From positions 1-37,419 of the forward strand of contig CAYHZG010000003.1 of assembly GCA_964361105.1 (NCBI GenBank): a stretch of DNA of 37,419 bases. The letters are read 5' to 3'. Of this stretch, positions 19,165-28,526 are shown piece after piece (position 1 is the stretch's first letter; the number at the start of each line of letters is the position of its first letter). A program made the translations under genes and the position numbers. Under the pieces are notes generated by a model. The model was not told the DNA's origin. It saw nothing but the letters and a program-made list of their open reading frames with translations, and did not search any database. This DNA comes from an uncultured Candidatus Saccharibacteria bacterium (GTDB taxonomy: Bacteria > Patescibacteriota > Minisyncoccia > 2-02-FULL-40-12).

Positions 19165-19716
19165 ATGAAAACATTTTTACTTGTTGTAATTTTACTGGCT
19201 GTTTTTGCAGGAATTATTTGGTTTTCAGGTAAAAGAAAAGAAGAAGTAAGTTTTCCGCAGCCAACCTTGACTCCAACAGTACCCGTTGTTTGTACGCGGG
19301 AAGTTAAGCTATGTCCTGATGGTTCTACTGTTGGCAGAACAGGACCGAACTGTGAATTTGCTCCTTGTCCAACACCAACATCGATTTCAACTCCAACCCC
19401 TAAAGCAACTATTAGTCCCAAGATCACTACCATTAATATGACTGATAGCGGTTTTGTGCCAAGTAATATCACAATAAATATTGGCGAGACGGTGAAGTTT
19501 GTAAATCAAAGCAATCTAGCTCGTTGGCCGGCCTCGGGCATCCATCCGACTCACGATTTGTATCCGGAGAAAGGCGGCTGTATTTCGAGTGCCTTTGACG
19601 CCTGCCATGGTTTGGCAAAGGGCGAGATTTTTTCTTTTACCTTTACTTTTAAAGGAACCTGGCCGTATCATGATCATTTAGCCCCGTCTCTTAAAGGCAC
19701 AATAATTGTTCAATAA
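19165..19716 (+). CDS. Membrane-anchored cupredoxin-fold protein with a small Cys motif
   Basis: CTREVKLCPDGSTVGRTGPNCEFAPCP; FVPSNITINIGETVKFVN, HPTH, WPYHDHL, GTIIVQ. Confidence 0.8.
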   Translation: MKTFLLVVILLAVFAGIIWFSGKRKEEVSFPQPTLTPTVPVVCTREVKLCPDGSTVGRTGPNCEFAPCPTPTSISTPTPKATISPKITTINMTDSGFVPSNITINIGETVKFVNQSNLARWPASGIHPTHDLYPEKGGCISSAFDACHGLAKGEIFSFTFTFKGTWPYHDHLAPSLKGTIIVQ

Positions 19717-19728
19717 TTTTTGAATCCG

Positions 19729-21168
19729 ATGAATAAAAAATCATTGTTTTTTATTCCTTTGATTTTTTTCCCGATTTTGTCCACCGCTTTGCGGTGGCTA
19801 CAAAATCGAGGATCCTCGATTAGTAAACAAAAACTTTTAGTTTTTGTACTAATCGGGACTTTTTCTTTTTTTACTTTTAATTTTTCAAGGGCCGACGTTC
19901 AACAGGATATTTCAGAAAGAGAAAGGCAAATTCAAGAACTGGAAAGGCAGAAAGAAGAGTATCAAAAACAAATTACTGAAAAACAGAGTGAAGCTCGAAC
20001 TTTGGAGGGCGAGATTTTTATTTTTGATACCGAAATCAAGAAACTTAAGCTGGAAATAAAGGCCTTGGACTTGGCTATTCAACAAACCGGCTTTGAAATT
20101 GACGAGACCATAAAAAATATAGACGAAACCCTTTCCAGAATCGAGAGAATCAAACAGAGCTTGGCTCAATTCATAAAGTTAGTCCATCAGAGCGACCAGG
20201 AAACCCTTCTTGAAATTTTACTGAAAAATCGTGACCTTTCTGACTTTTTCGGCAATCTTGAAAGTATCCGAGCTTCCCAAGAAAAAGCTCAAGTCACGAT
20301 CAAAGAATTAAAACAGTTAAGAGTGGAACTTGAACAAAAGCAGGACGAACTGGAACAAAGAAAAACCGAACAAATCGGCCTGAGAAACATTCAACAAATC
20401 CAGAAAAAAGAGGTTGACTCAAAGAAAAAAGAGAAAAACGACATTTTAAAAGTGACCAAGGGTGAAGAGAAAAAGTTTCAGGAACTGGTCAAAAAAACAA
20501 ACCAGGACATAGAGCGGCTAAGAGGCCAGGTAAGGTTTTTACTTGAGCAGGGGATTACTCTTGAAGAGGCCATAAAGTACGGGCAATTAGCCGCCACCCG
20601 AGTCGGCATCAGGCCTTCATTCCTTTTGGCAATTTTAGATGTTGAATCGGGCATTGGAAGAAATGTTGGTACCGGCAATTGGCTGGATGATATGTATAAT
20701 TGTTATTTGCGGCTTGGCAAGCCAACCAGGGCCGAAACCGAAAAGAACGCGTTTTTTGCGATAATCGGAAAGCTTGGCTTGGATGCCAATTCGGTAAAAG
20801 TTTCAAGGGCGCCTAGTTACGGCTGCGGCGGAGCGCTTGGCCCAGCCCAGTTTATTCCTTCAACCTGGCTTTTATATGAATCCGACGTGGCTCGTTTGAC
20901 TGGGCATGGTTTGCCTAACCCTTGGAGTATTGAAGATGCTTTTATGGCGGCGGCGATATATCTTTCCAATGCCGGAGCCACTAATCAAACCCGAGCGGCC
21001 GAGATAAGAGCCGCCAATATTTATTTGAGCGGAAAGGCCAATTGCCGTAAGAGTGTCTGCCGGTATTACTCAAATCTGGTTTTGCAAAAAGCAGCAGAGA
21101 TAGAAAAAGATTTGCCCCAAATAAGTAGCGGAGTTATCAACAGTTTTATTTTGTCCCTTTTTGAATAA
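19729..21168 (+). CDS. Coiled-coil (PcsB/CwlO-like) protein with C-terminal lytic transglycosylase (MltB/SLT_2-like) domain
   Basis: Long heptad region; LLAILDVES, GALGPAQFIPSTW, NPWSIEDAFMAAAIYL. Confidence 0.85.
   Translation: MNKKSLFFIPLIFFPILSTALRWLQNRGSSISKQKLLVFVLIGTFSFFTFNFSRADVQQDISERERQIQELERQKEEYQKQITEKQSEARTLEGEIFIFDTEIKKLKLEIKALDLAIQQTGFEIDETIKNIDETLSRIERIKQSLAQFIKLVHQSDQETLLEILLKNRDLSDFFGNLESIRASQEKAQVTIKELKQLRVELEQKQDELEQRKTEQIGLRNIQQIQKKEVDSKKKEKNDILKVTKGEEKKFQELVKKTNQDIERLRGQVRFLLEQGITLEEAIKYGQLAATRVGIRPSFLLAILDVESGIGRNVGTGNWLDDMYNCYLRLGKPTRAETEKNAFFAIIGKLGLDANSVKVSRAPSYGCGGALGPAQFIPSTWLLYESDVARLTGHGLPNPWSIEDAFMAAAIYLSNAGATNQTRAAEIRAANIYLSGKANCRKSVCRYYSNLVLQKAAEIEKDLPQISSGVINSFILSLFE
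19769..19858. repeat. Family B element, copy 2 (90 nt, in frame in the N-terminal region of the transglycosylase)
   Basis: TCCCGATTTTGT...ACAAAATCGAGGATCCTCGATTAGTA...TACTAATCGGGA. Confidence 0.85.
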
Positions 21169-21264
21169 AATATATATAGATATGAATCTATATAATTATT
21201 TCGCTTGGTTGAAGTGAATAAATAACTATTCACTTCTCCCTCGCTTATAATTATAATTTTGGTA

Positions 21265-21462
21265 ATGGTAAGGGATGGTTTTATGAACCTGATTACCGTG
21301 ATTGCAATTGTCGTAGTTGCTTTAGTTGCTGGATACTTTTTGGGTTTTAGTATAGGAAAGAAACAAGGAAGTCAGGTTCTTCAAATTTCAACTCCGACCC
21401 CAGGTGTAGATACTGGTTATCAGAATCCCTTTGAAGGAGTGAGACTCAACCCATTTAGATAA
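21265..21462 (+). CDS. Small single-TM hypothetical protein
   Basis: Hydrophobic N-terminus; NPF motifs; stop overlaps the next ATG; start uncertain. Confidence 0.6.
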   Translation: MVRDGFMNLITVIAIVVVALVAGYFLGFSIGKKQGSQVLQISTPTPGVDTGYQNPFEGVRLNPFR

Positions 21463-23021
21463 TGAAGCAAAGCTTCACAACTTTCCATATTTTATTTTTC
21501 AGCGGCCTTGTCGCTGTTTTTGTTTTATTTAGTTTTGTCTTGGCTCAGGAAATAGATAAAGAAAGAATTATTCAAATTGTGCAAACCCAAGGCGGTCCGG
21601 GCGGATGTCGAGATGAAGCAAGTTGCCGGACTTTTTGCGACAATCCCAATAATGTTGAGACCTGCCTTAATTGGGCTCACCAAAACGGTTTAATTTCTTC
21701 TGAAGAGGCAGACAGAGCCGAGAGGTTGTCAAAAGTAGGCAGAGAATTTTCTGGTCCGGGCGGATGCCGGAGCCATGAGGAATGCGAGAGATTTTGTCGC
21801 CAGCCAGAAAATCAGGATGTTTGTTTGGATTTTGCCGTTCAGCAAGGGTTTTTAACTGCTAGCGAAGCCGAAAGGATTAAAGAGTTTAGAAGGCAAGCCG
21901 AAGGAGCCAGAGAAGAATTTGAAGTAGAAATTGACCCAGATTTTGATGAAGATAGGGCAGCCCAAATTTTAGAGACCCAAGGCGGTCCGGGTGGATGTCG
22001 GACTTTTGAGGAGTGCGAGGAATTTTGTGAAGAACCGCAAAATCAAGAGGCCTGCTTTACCTTTGCCGAAAGGCACGGTTTATTTAATAACCAGGAAGCC
22101 GCAAGGAAAATCAAAAGGATTATAGAGGAAGGCGGTCCCGGGGGATGTCGAGGCGAAAGACAATGTCGGGAGTTTTGCGAAAATCCCGATAATTTTGAGG
22201 TTTGTATTGAGTTTGCCCAGAGACACGAATTTATAAAACCGGAAGAAGTGGAAAGGGCAAGGCGGGGGATAAGAGCTTTGAGAGAAGGCGGTCCAGGCGG
22301 CTGTAGAGGACCAAGAGAGTGCGAGGCCTTTTGTTCTAATCCGGCTAATCAGGAAATATGTTTTGAGTGGGCAAAAAAACACGGTTTTGTTTCAGAAGAG
22401 CAGATAAGAATGATGGAAGAATTTAGGCAAAGAAGAGAAGAAATTGAGAGAAAACATGAAAGAAGGGGCGGCGAGTTTAGACCGTCGGAGGGTTTTCATC
22501 CACCGGGTGAGTTTTTAGGGCCGGGCGGGTGTGTTGGGGCTGATCAATGCCGAAGGTATTGTGAAGACCCGGCGCATAAGGAAGAATGTGAGAGATTTAG
22601 GACTTCAAGCGGTCAGCAACCACCCGGTTTTGGAGGAACGCCGCCGCCGGGTGGGATAACGCCACATATCTGTCCGATGATGCCGACAGTTGATTCGTGC
22701 CCTCCTGGCCACCGAAAAGAAGTGTCTTTCAGTTCGCCGGAATGCGGCACTTACTACCAATGTGTTTTAGAAGATTCTCCTTTACCCGGCTACAGTCCTT
22801 CTCCTACACCAACGTATACGGAAAGCCCATCTCCATATCCAACTTATTCGCCATCACCCACGGTCTCTCCTACTTACGAAGATCCGGCCACTCGCTGCGC
22901 TAAAGAAGGCGGCACCTGGAATTCCCAAACCTCGACCTGTGTCTTTGAAAAAAGCGGCTCAATCCTTCTAAACACCGGTGCTTATATAAAAGGCGCCTTT
23001 AGAGACTTCTTCTTTAGATAG
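21462..23021 (+). CDS. Secreted Cys-rich repeat protein (6 x GPGGC-x5-C-x3-C-x8-C)
   Basis: Signal peptide; six repeats; Pro/Ser/Thr linker; C-terminal CxxxGGxW motif. Confidence 0.85.
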   Translation: MKQSFTTFHILFFSGLVAVFVLFSFVLAQEIDKERIIQIVQTQGGPGGCRDEASCRTFCDNPNNVETCLNWAHQNGLISSEEADRAERLSKVGREFSGPGGCRSHEECERFCRQPENQDVCLDFAVQQGFLTASEAERIKEFRRQAEGAREEFEVEIDPDFDEDRAAQILETQGGPGGCRTFEECEEFCEEPQNQEACFTFAERHGLFNNQEAARKIKRIIEEGGPGGCRGERQCREFCENPDNFEVCIEFAQRHEFIKPEEVERARRGIRALREGGPGGCRGPRECEAFCSNPANQEICFEWAKKHGFVSEEQIRMMEEFRQRREEIERKHERRGGEFRPSEGFHPPGEFLGPGGCVGADQCRRYCEDPAHKEECERFRTSSGQQPPGFGGTPPPGGITPHICPMMPTVDSCPPGHRKEVSFSSPECGTYYQCVLEDSPLPGYSPSPTPTYTESPSPYPTYSPSPTVSPTYEDPATRCAKEGGTWNSQTSTCVFEKSGSILLNTGAYIKGAFRDFFFR

Positions 23022-23090
23022 CATAGATTTAGCTTAGAATTATTTTCTCGGCAGTTTGCCGATTTTTAATTTTTATGGCAGAGTATTTTA

Positions 23091-24167
23091 ATGGTTAATA
23101 AAGTTTTCGTAGCTATGTCCGGCGGCGTTGATTCTTCGGTGGCCGCAGCTCTTTTGAAGAAACAGGGCTACAATGTAGTCGGAGTTTTTATGCGTCCATG
23201 GCAACCAGAGACAGTTAACATTGATTGTTTGTGGAGAGAGGACAGAGAAGACGCTTTAAGGGTAGCCGCAAAATTGGGTATTCCTTTACTGACTTGGGAT
23301 TTTTCAAAAGAATATGAAAAATATGTGGTCGAATACATGATTGAAGGATACAGGCAGGGGAGGACACCAAATCCAGACGTGATGTGCAACAAATTCATCA
23401 AGTTTGGATTATTTTTGGATAAAGCATTGAAACTTGGTGCCGATTATATTGCAACAGGACATTATGCCCGTCTAAATACGGCCTCCGAATCCGTTCGCCG
23501 AACAACTCCCGTGCGGCTCGATTACAAATTACTAAAGGCTAAGGACTTAAACAAAGATCAGTCGTATTTTTTGTATACTCTTAATCAAGGACAGTTGAAA
23601 CACTGCTTATTTCCGATAGGAGATTATACCAAGACCGAGGTCAGAAAGATGGCCAAGAAATTCAGGTTGCCTAATTGGGATAAAAAAGACAGCCAGGGTG
23701 TTTGTTTTGTCGGGCCGCTTGAAGTCAAAGAGTTTTTAAAAAGACATATTCAGCCAAAAAGAGGTTTGGCTTTAAGAAAAAGCGATGGTAAAATTTTGGG
23801 AGAACATGACGGTGCCTGGTTTTATACCATTGGCCAGAGGCATGGATTGAATTTAAGCGCTGGTAAGCCCTATTATGTAGTAGATAAAGATATTAAGAAA
23901 AATATTATTTTTGTTGATGAAAAAGCCGGAAGCAGCAAGTCAGAACTTCAAATAAGCGATTTTAATTGGGTGAATAAAAAAAAGCTGCCTTTGGATTGCA
24001 AAGTTAAGACTAGATACAGGCAAAAAGATTTGGATTGCACGATTATAAAAAACGGCTCTGGCAGAGCTTCGGTAAAAATAAAAGAAAATAATATCCCGGT
24101 TGCGCCGGGTCAGGCAGCCGTTTTCTATAAAGGAAGTCAAGTATTAGGAGGTGGAATAATATCATAA
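23091..24167 (+). CDS. mnmA: tRNA 2-thiouridine(34) synthase
   Basis: AMSGGVDSSV, TPNPDVMCN, ATGHYA, KDQSYFL, DSQGVCF, TIGQR, PGQAAVFY. Confidence 0.97.
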   Translation: MVNKVFVAMSGGVDSSVAAALLKKQGYNVVGVFMRPWQPETVNIDCLWREDREDALRVAAKLGIPLLTWDFSKEYEKYVVEYMIEGYRQGRTPNPDVMCNKFIKFGLFLDKALKLGADYIATGHYARLNTASESVRRTTPVRLDYKLLKAKDLNKDQSYFLYTLNQGQLKHCLFPIGDYTKTEVRKMAKKFRLPNWDKKDSQGVCFVGPLEVKEFLKRHIQPKRGLALRKSDGKILGEHDGAWFYTIGQRHGLNLSAGKPYYVVDKDIKKNIIFVDEKAGSSKSELQISDFNWVNKKKLPLDCKVKTRYRQKDLDCTIIKNGSGRASVKIKENNIPVAPGQAAVFYKGSQVLGGGIIS

Positions 24168-24177
24168 TTTCTAATCT

Positions 24178-25464
24178 TTGAATCACCAGGAAATCCGCAG
24201 AAAATTCTTGGACTTTTTTGAGAAGCACGGCCATAAAATTGTGCCGTCTTCTTCTTTAATTCCCGATGACCCATCAGTTCTTTTCACTACGGCCGGGATG
24301 CAGCAATTTAAAAAATATTATTTGGACAGTGATTCACCCTTCGGAGCTAAAATGGCATCAATCCAAAAATGTATAAGAACCACCGACATTGACGAAGTCG
24401 GTGACGAGAGTCATCTGACTTTTTTTGAGATGCTCGGCAATTTTTCATTCAAATTTCCTGAGGCCGAGGGTTCTTACTTTAAAGAAGAGGTAATAAAATT
24501 GGGCTACGATTTAATAATTGATGAGTTAAAAGTTCCATTAGATCGGATAAAAATCTCAATTTTTAAGGGCGATTTCAAAAATAATATTCCTGAAGACAGA
24601 GAATCTCTGGAAATTTGGAAGTCAGCGGGAATTCCAGAAGACAAAATAATTTTTGGTTCAAGAGAAGATAATTTTTGGGGGCCGACTGGAGAAGAAGGAC
24701 CATGCGGGCCGACTACTGAAATTCACATTGACGGAATTGAAGTTTGGAATATCGTTTTCAATGAATACTATTGCGATAAAGAAAAGCACCTAGTTTCTTT
24801 ACAAAGAAAAGGCGTTGATACCGGAATGGGTTTGGAAAGATTGGCCATGGTCATGCATGGTGAAAAATCCGTCTTTGAGACTGATTTATTTACGCCATTA
24901 ATAACTGAAATACACGGGAAAAGTTTATACCATGATGAAAAGAGTATTAAATCCGAAAGAATAGTCGCCGACCACTTAAAGGCAAGCATATTTATAATTT
25001 CTGACGGGGTGAGTCCTTCAAATTTCGGCCGAGGATATGTTTTAAGAAAATTAATCAGAAAAATAATGAGACACTCAAAAAAGTTGAGTTTGCCGGATGA
25101 CTTTTTACAACGTTCTTTGGAAACAATCATAAACATTTATAAAGAATATTATCTTGAGTTAAAGAAAAATAAAGAAAAAATTCTCGGTATATTTAAAGAA
25201 GAGTTCCAAAAATTTGGAACCGCTCTTGACAAAGGACTTAAGGAATTTGAAAAAATAAAACAGTCTGCTTTAAAAAACAAGCAAAAATCGATTTCCGGCG
25301 CTGAGGCCTTTGGTCTTTACCAGAATTTCGGCTTTCCAGTAGAATTTACGAACGAGCTTGCCAATGAAAATGGATTGGGAGTTGACTTTAATGGTTTTAA
25401 AAAGGAAGAAGATAGGCATAAGGAAATTTCAAGAATGAGTCAAGAGAAAAAGTTTAGGAAGTAA
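24178..25464 (+). CDS. alaS: Alanine--tRNA ligase, aminoacylation domain only
   Basis: LFTTAGMQQFK, HLTFFEMLGNFS, GPCGP, DTGMGLERL, ADH, GRGYVLR; ends at 428 aa. Confidence 0.9.
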   Translation: MNHQEIRRKFLDFFEKHGHKIVPSSSLIPDDPSVLFTTAGMQQFKKYYLDSDSPFGAKMASIQKCIRTTDIDEVGDESHLTFFEMLGNFSFKFPEAEGSYFKEEVIKLGYDLIIDELKVPLDRIKISIFKGDFKNNIPEDRESLEIWKSAGIPEDKIIFGSREDNFWGPTGEEGPCGPTTEIHIDGIEVWNIVFNEYYCDKEKHLVSLQRKGVDTGMGLERLAMVMHGEKSVFETDLFTPLITEIHGKSLYHDEKSIKSERIVADHLKASIFIISDGVSPSNFGRGYVLRKLIRKIMRHSKKLSLPDDFLQRSLETIINIYKEYYLELKKNKEKILGIFKEEFQKFGTALDKGLKEFEKIKQSALKNKQKSISGAEAFGLYQNFGFPVEFTNELANENGLGVDFNGFKKEEDRHKEISRMSQEKKFRK

Positions 25465-25491
25465 TTTAAACTTTTATTAAAGTTTTACTTG

Positions 25492-25602
25492 CCCCGTTAG
25501 AAGTAGCCCTAACGGGTCAGTAAATTAAACAGTTATTAATTAAAGTATTTTCAGAGACACATTGGTCACTCCTATGTGTTGCTGTTACTACTTCTAACGG
25601 GG
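25492..25602 (+). mobile_element. Family A element, copy 3 (111 nt), ending on the G of the GTG start
   Basis: CCCCGTTAGAAGTAG...CTACTTCTAACGGGG 15-bp inverted repeat; internal CCCTAACGGG. Confidence 0.8.
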
Positions 25603-27092
25603 TGAAGATAATTAATATTGCTTCAAGCGATAACTTTGAAGACATTTTAGAAGCAGTCCGAACCTCTGAATCAGCCGGCCTGATTTTGATTGTTCCAAAA
25701 TCAAACCGGGTTTTTAAAAGTGGGGCCAGGGTTAATAAACTAAAAGATTACTTTGATAAATTAGGCAAAGACGTTTCTATAATTTCATCCAGCGACGAGA
25801 TTATTAAAAATGCTAACTTAGCTGGCTTTAATATTCTTCAAGAAACCAAGATGGCCGATAAAAAAGACGAGGAGATTGTTTCTCTGTATTCAGAAGAGCC
25901 GCCTCAAGAAAAAGAGATTAAGAGTATTCCCCATCCCGTCAGAGTCAGAGCTAGAATCAGTAATAAAAAGATTATTTTTATCTTTTTAGCCGTGGCCCTG
26001 CTTTCACTTGGTTTTATTGCTTTTATTTCAGTTAGCCAGGCAAAAATAAAAATAACTCCCGGCAAAAAAGATTTTTCCGTGAATATTCCAGTAATGGTTT
26101 CTAGTAGTATCACTAGGCCTGATGAGGTCTATGGAATGATACCCGGCGAATTGATTCAGGTTGAAAAAGTTGTATCAAAGACATTTACAGCTAGTGGCGA
26201 TAAAGAAGTTTTTCAGAAAGCCGAAGGCGAGATAATTATTTATAATAACTTTAGCGCGGTTCCACAGGTATTAGTGGCCACAACCAGATTCCAGACACCC
26301 GAAGGTTTGGTTTTTAGGATCTTAAAGACGGTCACGGTTCCAGGAAAAGTAAAGGTTGGCAACGAACTTAAGCCAGGCGAGATTAAGGCAAAAGTTATCG
26401 CTGACCGGGCTGGCGAAGAATACAATATTGAACCGACCGAATTCAAAATCCCCGGTTTTTTAGGGGGCCCGAAATATCAAGCATTTTACGCCAAGTCGTT
26501 CAGTAGTTTTTCTGGCGGTTTTGTGGGTCGGTCCAGTTTCGTAACCAAAGATGACTTGAAAAAAGCAGAAGAGCAAGTTCGGCAGGAAGCGATAAGCGAT
26601 GTAAAAAATGAATTGGCTTTACTAAAGGATTTTAAAATTTTAGAAGAGGCCCTGGAAATAGAAACGGAAAAAATGCCTGACTCAGCCAAGGATGGCGATT
26701 TGGTCAAAGAATTTAAGGTAAGTTTAAAGGCAAGAGCAAAAGCACTAGCTTTCAAAGAAAGCGATGTTATGGATTTTATCTCTCAATACATAAGCAATTC
26801 GCAGGGTCTCATGATTATTAGAAACGGACTGAGTATAAATTATAACGAGCCGAAGCTGGACAAAGCGAAAATGGAACTTTCTTTTAAGCTGGTTTCTCGG
26901 GGCAAGACCGCTGAAAATGTAGATAAGGAAAGGATAATCACCGAGATTTTAGGTAAAAAGGCACCCGAAGTTAAAAAGTATCTTGGCAATCTGAAAGAAA
27001 TTGAATCAGCCCAGGTTCTTCTTTCGCCCTTTTGGATCAAGGCAGTCCCTAAAAACAGGGATAAAATCAGAGTGGAGATCATAATTGAATAG
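25602..27092 (+). CDS. Single-TM protein with baseplate J-like domain
   Basis: KAEGEIIIYN, LVATTRF, VIADRAGEEYNI, FSGG, LSPFW. Confidence 0.65.
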   Translation: MKIINIASSDNFEDILEAVRTSESAGLILIVPKSNRVFKSGARVNKLKDYFDKLGKDVSIISSSDEIIKNANLAGFNILQETKMADKKDEEIVSLYSEEPPQEKEIKSIPHPVRVRARISNKKIIFIFLAVALLSLGFIAFISVSQAKIKITPGKKDFSVNIPVMVSSSITRPDEVYGMIPGELIQVEKVVSKTFTASGDKEVFQKAEGEIIIYNNFSAVPQVLVATTRFQTPEGLVFRILKTVTVPGKVKVGNELKPGEIKAKVIADRAGEEYNIEPTEFKIPGFLGGPKYQAFYAKSFSSFSGGFVGRSSFVTKDDLKKAEEQVRQEAISDVKNELALLKDFKILEEALEIETEKMPDSAKDGDLVKEFKVSLKARAKALAFKESDVMDFISQYISNSQGLMIIRNGLSINYNEPKLDKAKMELSFKLVSRGKTAENVDKERIITEILGKKAPEVKKYLGNLKEIESAQVLLSPFWIKAVPKNRDKIRVEIIIE

Positions 27093-27148
27093 GCCTTGCT
27101 TTTTTACTCCGCTTATAATATATTCATTAAGCACCATAGCACCATATA

Positions 27149-27361
27149 TTGAATAATAAGCAAAAGAACACAAAATCCGGTCAAGTTGTAGAAAGCCTCC
27201 CCAATGCTTATTTTAGGGTCAAGCTGGAAGACGGCAAAGTAGTTTTAGCCCATATTTCAGGAAAGATGCGGCTTTTTTATATTAAGGTGATGGTGGGCGA
27301 TAGGGTTTTAGTTGAGTTGAGCCCGGATGAGGAGAGAGGCCGGATCGTGAAAAGGTTATAG
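27149..27361 (+). CDS. infA: Translation initiation factor IF-1
   Basis: [35 protein letters not shown]. Confidence 0.97.
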   Translation: MNNKQKNTKSGQVVESLPNAYFRVKLEDGKVVLAHISGKMRLFYIKVMVGDRVLVELSPDEERGRIVKRL

Positions 27362-27540
27362 AAAATTTATTCTTGTCTTTGCTGAATGGGAATATTTGGT
27401 TCGCTCATTCTCGGGCATTCCAGCGATGCCCTCCGAGGTCGTCGGCCGTTTTGCCTCGCTATTGCTCGGACCAAGCCAAAACGGCCTCCGAATCCGCTTA
27501 CCAAACATTCCCATTCAGCTTTCCTAAAATTTTCTATAAC
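27355..27540. repeat. Nested inverted-repeat structure after infA
   Basis: GTTATAGAAAATTT / AAATTTTCTATAAC (14 bp), GCTGAATGGGAATATTTGGT / ACCAAACATTCCCATTCAGC, GGCCGTTTTG / CAAAACGGCC. Confidence 0.8.
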
Positions 27541-27726
27541 GAAAAGCCCGCAGGGTATGGTTGTTGAGGAACCTCGTGAACCGAGCCGTTTTGAGGAGAT
27601 ATGCTTTATAGCGAGGCGAACGAGGAGTGAGGGTTTATTCTGATAAACAGGAGATAAGATAATTATATAAGATGTATGAGGCCGAACGTTTCCGAAACAA
27701 CTATACCCGAGAGGCCTTTCGTTATA
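27535..27726 (+). repeat. Family C element, copy 1 (conserved core 27567-27693 inside a long closing stem)
   Basis: Core aligns to the reverse complement of 37232-37359. Confidence 0.85.
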
Positions 27727-27730
27727 CACA

Positions 27731-27844
27731 ATGAGAATTCGTTCAGCAGTCAAAAAAATGTGCCGGAATTGTAAAATTGTCCGAAGAAAAGGACGGCTAT
27801 ATTGCATTTGCAGGAATCCGAAGCATAAGCAGAGACAGAAGTAA
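27731..27844 (+). CDS. rpmJ: 50S ribosomal protein L36 (Zn-binding form; below the ORF-track cutoff)
   Basis: [37 protein letters not shown], in canonical position. Confidence 0.97.
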   Translation: MRIRSAVKKMCRNCKIVRRKGRLYCICRNPKHKQRQK

Positions 27845-28017
27845 GTTTTTGTCCAAGAGCGAAGCGATTGGTAACAAAAAGTTACCGAGCACATAAGGCG
27901 TTATGTGCTCGGTGTCAGAGCACACAATAAAATTGTGTGCTCGATCGAGCACTTAACAGAGTTAAGTGCTCTGACTCAATGTTGTAGCTATTCGCTTCGC
28001 TCATAGACAACATTGGC
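27845..28017 (+). promoter_or_regulatory. Structured rpsM leader (family D, copy 1) with three GAGCAC...GTGCTC hairpins
   Basis: GAGCGAAGCGA 27857-27867 pairs with TCGCTTCGCTC 27992-28002; three internal hairpins. Confidence 0.6.
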
Positions 28018-28404
28018 ATGGCTAGAATTTCAGGGGTCAATATTCCAGACAACAAGCGAATAGAAGTTGCCTTAACCTATATTTATGGAATAGGTTCGAC
28101 TTTAAGTAAGCTAGTTTTAAAAACAACCGGCGTGAATCCAGACAAAAGGGCTAAGGATTTAACCAGCGATGAAATTAACAAAATTCAAAACGTTATAGAA
28201 AAAAATTATCAGGTGGAGGGCGATTTGAGAAGGGAAGTATTGGATAATATAAAACACATGAAAGAATCTGGAACCTGGCGGGGGATGAGACATTCTAAAA
28301 AACTGCCTCTTCATGGCCGGACCAAAACTAATTCAAGAACTTTAAGGGGGAACCTTAGAAAGACAATGGGTTCGGGCAGAAGGCCGCCGGCGACGCCGAC
28401 TTAA
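28018..28404 (+). CDS. rpsM: 30S ribosomal protein S13
   Basis: MARISGVNIP, ALTYIYGIG, VEGDLRR, RTKTNSRT. Confidence 0.98.
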   Translation: MARISGVNIPDNKRIEVALTYIYGIGSTLSKLVLKTTGVNPDKRAKDLTSDEINKIQNVIEKNYQVEGDLRREVLDNIKHMKESGTWRGMRHSKKLPLHGRTKTNSRTLRGNLRKTMGSGRRPPATPT

Positions 28405-28526
28405 GGAATAGCTCTCCTTCGCTAAAGCTCTCTCCTTCAGTAAACTTTCGGAGAGCAGGTCGGAATAGCACTTCGACTTGTCCTCTGAAGTTTTAACGAA
28501 AGAGGAAGCTCCGAAGGAGCGAAGAA
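28405..28526. repeat. Palindromic REP-like cluster between rpsM and rpsK
   Basis: CTCCTTCG.....AGCT at the left matches AGCT.CGAAGGAG at the right; internal CTCTCC/GGAGAG, AGGTCG(G)A/TCGACTT and TCCTCT/AGAGGA stems. Confidence 0.65.

Noticed and set aside
25602-27092. Prophage or contractile system suggested by the baseplate J-like domain
   Set aside because: Isolated membrane-anchored gene among housekeeping genes; no other phage structural genes
27367-27894. ORFs of 175, 85 and 64 aa between infA and rpsM
   Set aside because: They span palindromic elements, and the longest is antisense to rpmJ
27884-27975. Three tandem GAGCAC...GTGCTC units as a CRISPR array
   Set aside because: The units are hairpins with variable self-complementary interiors and almost no spacers; no cas genes
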